Positions 8,535-15,996 of a stretch of 64,000 bases of DNA are shown here, piece by piece (position 1 is the stretch's first letter; every line of letters starts with the position of its first letter). The position numbers and the translations under genes are program-made. Below the pieces are notes generated by a model. The model was not told the DNA's origin. It saw only the letters and a list, made by a program, of their open reading frames with translations, and did not search any database. The stretch spans positions 4,520 through 68,519 of the forward strand of contig JBKPAA010000060.1 in the NCBI GenBank assembly GCA_046726215.1, written 5' to 3'. This stretch comes from Actinomycetota bacterium. Lineage in GTDB: Bacteria > Actinomycetota > Acidimicrobiia > Acidimicrobiales > VFJN01.

Positions 8535-8855
8535 ATGGTCGACAACGAACGCTTGCGTCCGGTCGAGCGACGGGTCCTGCGATGGGCCCAGGCCGGTGTG
8601 GGTGATGCGGAGATCGGCCATCGCTTCCGCCGGAGCGAGCGCTGGGCGGCACAGGTGCGCTACCTAGCCGGACTCGACCGGAGCGCCAACCGGCCGGTCC
8701 CCCAGGACCGCCTGCGCCCCATCGAGCGCCGCGTCCTCCGCTGGCGTGACCAGGGCGAGAACCTGGTGGACCTGAGTGACCGGTTCCTCCGCAGCCCGGG
8801 GCACCTCGCCCGGGTCGAGGAATACGCCCGCTACAAGCTGGCGGCCGCGGAGTAG
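8535..8855 (+). CDS. Small protein made of two tandem LuxR/sigma-region-4-like HTH repeats
   Basis: A strong RBS GAGGAGG precedes the ATG. It has an internal duplication: RLRPVERRVLRWAQAGVGDAEIGHRFRRSERW / RLRPIERRVLRWRDQGENLVDLSDRFLRSPGH. Confidence 0.65.
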   Translation: MVDNERLRPVERRVLRWAQAGVGDAEIGHRFRRSERWAAQVRYLAGLDRSANRPVPQDRLRPIERRVLRWRDQGENLVDLSDRFLRSPGHLARVEEYARYKLAAAE

Positions 8856-8907
8856 ACCCAGGACCTCCAGACCCTCACCCTCTAGTCGAGGTTGAGGTTC
8901 CGTTTGG

Positions 8908-10143
8908 CTACCCATCCCTCAGCACGGTCTGCTCGTCGCGGCGGTGGGTCAGAACCGTGTCGAGGTACGACCGCAGCGTCACGTCCATCGGGACCTCGCT
9001 GCCGGCGCGCTCCGAGAGGTAGTAGCGGTGCTCGAGCAGCTCGTGGAACAGCTCGGGCGGCTCCAGGCGCCCGCGCAGGGCTTGCGGCACCCGAGCCATC
9101 ACCGGTTCGTACACATCGGTCAGCCAGCGGGCCGCGATCACCGCCTGGGGGACCTCGCCATCCGCTGCGCCGCTGATCGACGCGCCGAAGGCGGCAATGT
9201 CGTTCAGCAGCCGCCGGGCCTGGTTCTCCTGCACCTCCAGCCCGGTCAATCGGCGCAGCTCCCGGGCGTGATGTCCCTCCTCCACCACCACGGGGCGAAC
9301 CCGCAGGCGGGAGCCCTCGGGATCGTGCTCGACCAGCAGCTCATCGACGTCGAACCCCAGCTCGTTGAGGCGGCGGATGCGCCGGTCGATCAGGTGGCGA
9401 TCGTCGAGGGAGAGCTCCTCGGTGGCGGTGAGCTCGTCCCACAGCGCCCCGTACCGGTCCTCGAGCTGATCGGCGATCTCCACCACGTCGATCTCGGGCC
9501 CGAGGTCACCGCTGGCCTGGAGGTCGAGGAGGCCGCCAGCGACGTTCTCGCGGGCGATCTCGATGTCGCTCGCGCGCATGCCGTCGGGCAACTCGTCGCG
9601 GCGTTCGGCGGTCTCGGCGTCGACGAGGTACGCCATGAGGGCGCCGGCATCCCGCCGGAACAGCAGGTTCGACAACGAGCTGTCGCCCCAGAAGAACCCC
9701 TCGAGGTGGAGGCGCGCCAGCAGCACGACGCCGGCGTCGATGAGCCGTGCGGGCAGATCCGGCCGCCGCTCCTGGGCGAACAGGTACCGGTAGGGCAGGG
9801 AGAAGTCGAGGTATCGAGTGATGAGCACTGACCCCAGGGACTCCCCCGTCGGTGCCCGCCGCCCCGTGACCAGCCCGGTGGGTTGGACCGCAGGTAGGCC
9901 CTCGGCCGTGAGGCGGCGCAGCATGCCGTACTCGCGGCGGGCGTCGCGCTCGGTGGTCTCCTTGAGCGCGAAGACGCGGCCGCCGTCGGCCACGAAGCGG
10001 ACAACGTGGCGGCTGGTGCCGTGCACCATGTCGACCAGTCGGGGATCTTCCCAGGACTCCAGCGGTGTGCTCCACGGCAGGTCGAGCAGCCCGCCCGGCT
10101 CGTTTCCGGGAACGAACTGCAACCGGACGGCCACGCGCCTCAC
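8908..10143 (-). CDS. DUF4032 domain-containing protein (N-terminal Kdo/WaaP-like kinase fold)
   Basis: The blocks SRHVVRFV...FALKET, REYGMLRRL, LHLEGFFWGDSSLSNLLFRRDAG, MAYLVDAETAE and a C-terminal HRYYLSERAG match the family as I recall it. Confidence 0.75.
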   Translation of the reverse strand: MRRVAVRLQFVPGNEPGGLLDLPWSTPLESWEDPRLVDMVHGTSRHVVRFVADGGRVFALKETTERDARREYGMLRRLTAEGLPAVQPTGLVTGRRAPTGESLGSVLITRYLDFSLPYRYLFAQERRPDLPARLIDAGVVLLARLHLEGFFWGDSSLSNLLFRRDAGALMAYLVDAETAERRDELPDGMRASDIEIARENVAGGLLDLQASGDLGPEIDVVEIADQLEDRYGALWDELTATEELSLDDRHLIDRRIRRLNELGFDVDELLVEHDPEGSRLRVRPVVVEEGHHARELRRLTGLEVQENQARRLLNDIAAFGASISGAADGEVPQAVIAARWLTDVYEPVMARVPQALRGRLEPPELFHELLEHRYYLSERAGSEVPMDVTLRSYLDTVLTHRRDEQTVLRDG

Positions 10144-10207
10144 GCTACGCCCGCTCGCCCACGCCCCGGCCTCGAGTTCGGCACCAATGCGTTTGGTCTA
10201 GGCTCTA

Positions 10208-10936
10208 ATGCGCATGTCCGACACGGCCACCGCCCCGCCCGGCACCGGTACGGCGACCGCCACCACCGCCGAGCGGCTCATCGACGCCGCCGAGGCGCTG
10301 TTCGCCGCCCACGGCATCGACGCCGTCAGCCTGCGGGAGATCAACCGGGCCGCCGGCGCCCGCAACGCGTCGGCCCTCCAGTACCACTTCGGCGGCCGCG
10401 ACGGGCTCCTCCGGGCGGTGCTCGCCAAGCACCACCACGCGGTCGAGGCCCGACGCCACGCCATGCTCGATGCCTGCGAGGCCGACGGCCACGCCGACCT
10501 CCGGGCGTTGGCCGGCGTCCTGGTGAGGCCCAGCGCCGCCATGCTGGCCGACCGCGACGGCGGGCCCGCGTACCTGCAGATCATCGCCGACCTCATGAAC
10601 CGGCCCCGGCCCGTGATCGACCCCGCGGCCCTCGACGACCCGGCGTCCAGCATCTTCCGCTGGCGCACGCTGGTCGCCGGCCTGCTCGACAACGACGCCA
10701 CCCGGCTGCACCGTCGGTTCGTGGCCATGCGGTTCGCCGCGGTCGAGCTGGCCCGACGGGCGCGCTCGGCACCCCACACCGATGACCGGCTGTTCGTCAG
10801 CCACCTGGTCGACCTGGTCGCAGGGTTGCTGGCCGCTCCCCTGTCCGACGAGACCCGCCGCCTCGATGCCCAGCGCTCCCGGGCGGCCGGTTCGGACCCC
10901 GACGCCGTTCAAGACGTCCGCCCCCGAGGAGGCTGA
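10208..10936 (+). CDS. TetR family transcriptional regulator
   Basis: The HTH is AERLIDAAEALFAAHGIDAVSLREINRAAGARNASALQYHFGGRDGLL. The stop is 5 nt before the acyl-CoA dehydrogenase start. Confidence 0.9.
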   Translation: MRMSDTATAPPGTGTATATTAERLIDAAEALFAAHGIDAVSLREINRAAGARNASALQYHFGGRDGLLRAVLAKHHHAVEARRHAMLDACEADGHADLRALAGVLVRPSAAMLADRDGGPAYLQIIADLMNRPRPVIDPAALDDPASSIFRWRTLVAGLLDNDATRLHRRFVAMRFAAVELARRARSAPHTDDRLFVSHLVDLVAGLLAAPLSDETRRLDAQRSRAAGSDPDAVQDVRPRGG

Positions 10937-10941
10937 GCGCC

Positions 10942-12171
10942 ATGGCCATCGACTTCACCCTCACCCCCGAACTGGAGGACATCCGGCTGCGGGTCCACGC
11001 ATTCGTCGACGACGTGGTCAAGCCGGGGGAGGCGCGCATCGGCAACCGCGACGAGATCGAGCGCGCCGACTACATCAAGGTCCTCCTCGAGATGCGGGCT
11101 GCGGCTCAGGAGGCCGGCCTGTGGCTCCCCCACATGCCCGAGGAATGGGGAGGCATGGGCCTCGGTCACGTCGAGCTGGCCATGGTCCAGGCCGAGGCGG
11201 CCAAGTCGACGTACGGGCCCTGGGTCCTCAACTGCCAGGCGCCCGACGAGGGCAATATGCACACGCTGCTGCACTGGGGCACCGAGGAGCAGAAGCAGGG
11301 CTACCTGCGCCCGCTGTGTGAGGGCCGGGCGATGAGCTGCTTCGCCATGACCGAACCCGAGGTGGCGGGGTCGGACCCCACGCTGATCCGCACCCACGCC
11401 GACCAGGACGGCGACGAGTGGGTGATCAGCGGCCACAAGTGGTTCATCTCCAACGCCCACCGGGCGAGCTTCGCCATCCTCATCGCCCGCACCGAGGACG
11501 ACCCCGAGCTGCCCCAGGCCGCCAACACCGCGTTCATCGTCGACATCCCGTCCGAGGGATGGACCGAGGTCCGGCAGATCGAGACCATGCACGGCTCGAC
11601 CGGCCACTCCGAGATCCGCATCGAGGGCCTGCGGGTGCCCGACGACCACATGCTGGGCGGCCGAGGCCAGGGCCACATGCTGGGCCAGTACCGGCTCGGC
11701 CCGGCCCGGCTGGCGCACTGCATGCGCTGGATCGCCCAGGCCGAGATGGCGCTCGACATGATGGTGGACCGCGCCCTCAACCGCTTCGCCCACGGGTCGC
11801 TGCTGGCGGAGAAGCAGGGCATCCAGTGGATGATCGCCGACTCCACCATGGAGCTTTACCAGGCGAAGCTCATGGTGCTGCACGCCGCCTACCGGATCGA
11901 CCACAAGCTCGACTTCAAGAGCGAGGTGTCGATGGCCAAGCACTTCGTGGCCAACGCGCTCAACCGGATCATCGACCGGTCGATCCAGGTGCACGGGGCG
12001 CTCGGCTATTCGACCGACACACCGCTGGCCAACATGTACCAGCACGCCCGCTGGGCCCGGTTCGCCGACGGCGCCGACGAGGTCCACCAGATGCGCATCG
12101 CGCAGCGCACCATCGCCGCCTACAAGGACCACGGGTCGACCCGGACCGCGACCGGCGACCTGCCGTTGTAG
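10942..12171 (+). CDS. Acyl-CoA dehydrogenase
   Basis: Length (409 aa) and motifs fit the ACAD fold: MTEPEVAGSDP, ISGHKWFISNA, MRWIAQAE and QVHGALGYSTDTPLANMY. Confidence 0.92.
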   Translation: MAIDFTLTPELEDIRLRVHAFVDDVVKPGEARIGNRDEIERADYIKVLLEMRAAAQEAGLWLPHMPEEWGGMGLGHVELAMVQAEAAKSTYGPWVLNCQAPDEGNMHTLLHWGTEEQKQGYLRPLCEGRAMSCFAMTEPEVAGSDPTLIRTHADQDGDEWVISGHKWFISNAHRASFAILIARTEDDPELPQAANTAFIVDIPSEGWTEVRQIETMHGSTGHSEIRIEGLRVPDDHMLGGRGQGHMLGQYRLGPARLAHCMRWIAQAEMALDMMVDRALNRFAHGSLLAEKQGIQWMIADSTMELYQAKLMVLHAAYRIDHKLDFKSEVSMAKHFVANALNRIIDRSIQVHGALGYSTDTPLANMYQHARWARFADGADEVHQMRIAQRTIAAYKDHGSTRTATGDLPL

Positions 12172-12182
12172 GCCCCCCGGCG

Positions 12183-12283
12183 CCCGAGGCAATAGGGACC
12201 GCCGCGGAGCTCTCGAGGCAATACCGTCCGGCCCCCGGACCCGAGAGCCTCGGGGTCGCCCGGGCGGACGCTATTGCCTCGGG
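12183..12283. terminator. Long inverted repeat between convergent genes (possible bidirectional terminator)
   Basis: CCCGAGGCAATAG (12183-12195) pairs perfectly with CTATTGCCTCGGG (12271-12283). A third direct half-site TCGAGGCAATA lies at 12213-12223. An inner hairpin CCCGAGAGCCTCGGGG is also present. Confidence 0.45.
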
Positions 12284-12285
12284 TG

Positions 12286-13549
12286 TCAGTCGCCTCCGGC
12301 GCCCCCGTCGCCCCCTGCGCCCGCCGCACCCCCGCCGGTCACTCCCCCCTGCGCCGTCCCGTCGGGGCCGTCGTGCTGTCCCTTGCGACGCCGCCAGGGC
12401 AGCCGCCTGCGCAGGCCCGACAGGCGGTGGCGCATGACCTGCGTCTCCGGTTCGGGCATCTCGCCGCGCCGGTCCAGGTACACGGCCTTGCTGGCGGCGA
12501 ACAGCGGCGTGGCCACCAACGCCCCCGGGACCCCCCCGGCTGCCCCACCGATCAGGACCGCCAGCATCGTCGCCGGCGGCGACAGGTTGACCGCTCGGCC
12601 GACGATCGCGGGGCTGATGACGTGGTTCTCGAGGTTCTGGTACGCGACGACGATCGCCAGGGCGATGATGGCCACGACCGGGCCCTGCGTGACGGCCAGC
12701 AGCACGAAGAAGCCGCCGCCGAGCAGGCCGCCGATCTGGGGGATCAGGTTGGTGAACGTCGTCCAGAGCCCGGCCACCGGTGCCAACGGCACGCCCAGCA
12801 GCAGCCCGGCCGACAGCGTCACCAACCCGGCGAGAATGGCCACGAACATGGAGCCTGCGAAGTAGCTGCCGAACGTGGAGTAGACGATCCGCCCCAGCCG
12901 ATCCGCCTGCCCCTGGCCACGGACGGGCACGAGCACCCGGAAGCGACGCACGATGGCCTCGCCATCGACCATCACCCCGAGAGCGGTGACCAGCACGACG
13001 ACCGCACTCAGCACACCACCGAGCAGCCGCTCGCCCAGGCTGGCCAGCGTGGCATCGTCGACCTTGGCCGGCGCGTCCTCGATCCACTCCTCGATGGAAC
13101 CGGCGGCGTCGGCCTCCTCGAGGCGGGGACCGATGATCGGCCAGCTGTAGAACTCGCGCACGGTCGTGGGCAGCTCCTTGCTGAACTCACGCGACTGGCG
13201 GATCGCCGCCGGTGCGACCAGCAACACGATGGCGGCCACCGCGACCGTCAGGCCCGTTCCGACGATCACCACCGCAGTGCCGCGCGTCGTGTGCCAGCGG
13301 CGCTGGGCAGCGTTGACGACCGGGGTGAGGGCCAGGCCCAGCAAGACGCCGACGCCGACGCCCGTGAGCACGTCGCCGGCCCGATCGCCGATGGCGAACA
13401 GCGCCACCGCCACGGCCGCCGCCAGGATCAGCGCGACGAACGACCAGGGATCGATGTCGACGAGCACGCGCGCCTCGGCTCGATCGGGTTGATCGCGCGC
13501 ATCACCCGGCGGCCCCGAGCCCTGGTCGGCGGTCACCTCGTCGGCCACA
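12286..13549 (-). CDS. AI-2E family transporter (PerM/UPF0118)
   Basis: It is a multi-TM protein with typical blocks (FTNLIPQIGGLLGG, YQNLENHVISPAIVGRAVNLSP). The start is uncertain: the ORF is open to 13737, and the GTG near 13549 is chosen to avoid overlap with the divergent paralog. Confidence 0.8.
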
Positions 13550-13567
13550 CCGGTACGGTACGCCTCG

Positions 13568-14782
13568 GTGCAGCCCGGCCCACCCCCCACCGAGCACCGC
13601 GTGGTGCGCATCACCGCCAAGTCGGCGGTGGTGGGCGTGCTGGTCCTGGTGGCGGCGGTGGTGGCGCAACGGGTGATCGTGGCGGCCCATCGTCCCCTGT
13701 CGTGGGCGGCGGCGGCGGTCGTCGTCGCCGTGCTCATCGACCCGATCGTCGATCTGCTCGACCGTCACATACCCCGGCTGGCCGCAGTAATCGCCGCCCT
13801 GGTGGTCGTCGGGGGCGCGACCTTCGCGGTGATCTACCTGGCGTTCGACGACCTGGCCGACGGGCTCGACCGCCTGCGTCGCGCCGCCGAGGACGCCGCG
13901 CAGCAGCTCGAGGAGCGGGACGACGGGGTCGGCGACCTTGCCCGCGACGTCGATGCCGCCCGTCGGGTGGAGCTGTTCGTCGACACCCTCGACGAGCGGG
14001 TCGGCGGCGGCAACGCGGTGCTGGTGTCCACCGCCGGGACCGCGCCGACGTACCTGGTGGGCGGGATCCTGACGCTGTTCCTGATGTCGTACGGGCCGCG
14101 GTTCGCCCAATCCGCGGTGAACCAGTTGCCGTCACCCCGCCAGCGAACCGAGGTGACCGCCGTCGTGACGCGGGCGCTCAATCGGTCCCGCCGGGCGGTG
14201 CTGCTGATGCTCGCCGAGGGTCTGCTGGTGGGATTGGCCATGACCGGCATCGCGTACCTGCTCGACGTGCCGGCGCCGGCGGCCCTGGGGCTGGCGGCCG
14301 GGGTCCTGGCGCTGCTGCCGCACGTCGGCATCGTGCTCGGCAACCTGCCGCTGATCCTGCTGTTGCTGGCGTTGCGGTCCGACCTGACCACGATCCTGGC
14401 GGCTGTTGTGGTCGTGGCCTGCCAGCTGATCGACTCCTACGTGGTGCGGCGCCGCATATCCGAGTCCAGCGTGCACGTCGGGCTGCTGGTGCCCTGGGTG
14501 GTGGTGCTGGTCGGCTACGCCGTGTACGGCGTCGGCGGGGCCGCGTTCGCGCTGGCGTTCGCGGTGTTCGGGCTCGCCGTCCTCGACGAGCTGGGCGCCC
14601 GCCGGAGCGCCGACGCGGCGGAGGCCGAATCGGCGACCGCCGCGGCGGCGGAGGCCAAGCCGACGGGGGAGCAACGTCCAGCCTCCGAGCCGGCAGACCA
14701 GCAGCCGCCGCCCACGCCGGTGCCGTCCGCCGGACACAGCCCCGAGGCGCTGGGCTCCACCGGCCGGGGGGCGGGGTCCTAG
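13568..14782 (+). CDS. AI-2E family transporter (second, divergent paralog)
   Basis: It is a multi-TM protein with the AI-2E layout (LLALLPHVGIVLGNLP, CQLIDSYVVRRRI). The start is uncertain (GTG 13568 or GTGs about 30 nt downstream). Confidence 0.8.
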   Translation: MQPGPPPTEHRVVRITAKSAVVGVLVLVAAVVAQRVIVAAHRPLSWAAAAVVVAVLIDPIVDLLDRHIPRLAAVIAALVVVGGATFAVIYLAFDDLADGLDRLRRAAEDAAQQLEERDDGVGDLARDVDAARRVELFVDTLDERVGGGNAVLVSTAGTAPTYLVGGILTLFLMSYGPRFAQSAVNQLPSPRQRTEVTAVVTRALNRSRRAVLLMLAEGLLVGLAMTGIAYLLDVPAPAALGLAAGVLALLPHVGIVLGNLPLILLLLALRSDLTTILAAVVVVACQLIDSYVVRRRISESSVHVGLLVPWVVVLVGYAVYGVGGAAFALAFAVFGLAVLDELGARRSADAAEAESATAAAAEAKPTGEQRPASEPADQQPPPTPVPSAGHSPEALGSTGRGAGS

Positions 14783-14876
14783 CGAGGCGGCCGGGACCCG
14801 GGGGGGAGGCGCAGTCAGGTCTCCGGCGGTCGCCGGTATCCGTCCCCCACCGCCGGCCGCCTGCCAGGCTACGACC

Positions 14877-15230
14877 GTGCCCAGCGACGAGGGCGAGCGC
14901 GACACCGACTTCCCCGACTACCGCTTCACACTCGCCAACGAGCGCACGTTCCTGGCCTGGATGCGCACGTCGTTGGCGCTGCTGGCCGGCGGGATCGCGC
15001 TCCGCCAGGTGGTGCCCTCGTTCGGGGTGCGGGGCGTGCGCACCACCCTCGCGGTCGCAGCGGTGGTGCTCAGCCTCGTCTTGGCGGTCACCAGCTACGT
15101 GCGCTGGAACCAGATCGAGCGAGCGATGCGGCGAGGCGAGCCGCTCCCCCACCCGCTGGCGATCCCGGTCCTGGCCACGGTCATCGCCGCCGTGGCCGGC
15201 ACGGTCGCCGTGGTCCTCCTGGTGAGATGA
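14877..15230 (+). CDS. YidH/DUF202 family membrane protein
   Basis: The signature LANERTFLAWMRTSLAL is followed by TM helices. Confidence 0.8.
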   Translation: MPSDEGERDTDFPDYRFTLANERTFLAWMRTSLALLAGGIALRQVVPSFGVRGVRTTLAVAAVVLSLVLAVTSYVRWNQIERAMRRGEPLPHPLAIPVLATVIAAVAGTVAVVLLVR

Positions 15231-15547
15231 CCGAGGCACCCGAGTCCCGCGTCGGCGGCACCGGCCTACAGGCGGAGCGCACGCAGCTGGCCTGGGTGCG
15301 CACGGCCCTCGCCTCGGGCGCGCTGGCGGCGATCGCGACCCGGTTGACGGCCAGGGGCCCGTCGCTGGTCCTGGCCGCAGTGTTCGGCCTGGTCGTCGCG
15401 CTCCCCGGTGTCGCGGCCGCGCTGGGGCGCATCCGGAGCCTCGGGCGGCGGCCCGTGCCGGGGGCGGCCGCACCATGGACGGTGGCGCTGCTGGCGGCCT
15501 CGCTGGCGCTGGCCGACGGGCTGGCGCTCGCGCTCCTGGCGGGCTGA
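15227..15547 (+). CDS. DUF202 family membrane protein (second of pair)
   Basis: GLQAERTQLAWVRTALA is followed by TM helices. It has an ATGA overlap with the preceding gene. Confidence 0.7.
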   Translation: MTEAPESRVGGTGLQAERTQLAWVRTALASGALAAIATRLTARGPSLVLAAVFGLVVALPGVAAALGRIRSLGRRPVPGAAAPWTVALLAASLALADGLALALLAG

Positions 15548-15570
15548 GCTGGTGCAACGCGGGTTAGCAC

Positions 15571-15586
15571 GGGGTACCAGGGGGTA
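15571..15586. promoter_or_regulatory. G/C-rich pseudo-palindrome GGGGTACCAGGGGGTA (CsoR-operator-like box 1)
   Basis: It has TACC-N2-GGGGTA arms and lies about 70 nt upstream of the small Cys-containing ORF. Confidence 0.3.
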
Positions 15587-15653
15587 GCCGGCCGACGATG
15601 ACAATTCCGGACGGCCGGACGGGCGACGAGGTGGTCGAAGGGATGACGGCGGC

Positions 15654-15923
15654 ATGAACCCGCCGATGGACACCCCCGGCGAGGCCCAGCACGAACCGGT
15701 GGCGGTGGGAACCCGGATCGCCACCGGGGATCGGGCGCCGCGGGCCGGCACGTGGGAGATCGTCGACCACGACGACTGCCCGGGCAACGGCACCCTCCGA
15801 GAGCTCGCCCCCCGAACGCTGGCGCCGCGCTGCCCGACGTGCCAGGCCGAGGTGACCTGGCAGCTCAGCCATCTCGCACCGTCGGTGGCGGCTAACCACC
15901 GGGACGTCGGCCGGCTGCCCTGA
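15654..15923 (+). CDS. Small cysteine-containing protein (C-x18-C-x2-C), unknown function
   Basis: It has high GC3 and a GAAGGGA RBS-like element upstream. The motif DDCPGNG...RCPTCQ is present. It lies directly upstream of the copper ATPase. Confidence 0.45.
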   Translation: MNPPMDTPGEAQHEPVAVGTRIATGDRAPRAGTWEIVDHDDCPGNGTLRELAPRTLAPRCPTCQAEVTWQLSHLAPSVAANHRDVGRLP

Positions 15924-15960
15924 CCGCGGACCTGAGGCCGGCCGAGTTTGCCTCCTCACT

Positions 15961-15980
15961 GGTACCCCCCTAGGGTATAA
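15961..15980. promoter_or_regulatory. Pseudo-palindrome GGTACCCCCCTAGGGTATAA (CsoR-operator-like box 2)
   Basis: It has TACCC...GGGTA arms, lies 17 nt upstream of the ATPase ATG and overlaps the likely promoter region. Confidence 0.45.
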
Positions 15981-15996
15981 GTGGGAGGTAGTGGCC

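Noticed and set aside
10144-10207. ACCAA-N5-TTGGT and a duplicated AATGCG in the DUF4032/TetR divergent spacer as a TetR operator.
   Set aside because: The arms are only 5 bp and the direct repeat 6 nt. That is too weak to list as a feature without binding data or conservation.
12274-15225. Very long alternative-frame ORFs. Examples are 12274-15225 (983 aa), 17467-19587 (706 aa), 39648-41435 (595 aa), 45896-47911 (671 aa), 987-2135 and 72-1085.
   Set aside because: Their translations are Arg/Pro/Gly/Ala-rich low-complexity strings with no motifs. They overlap genes with clear family signatures in another frame or strand. They are the shadow ORFs expected at very high GC, where stop codons are rare.
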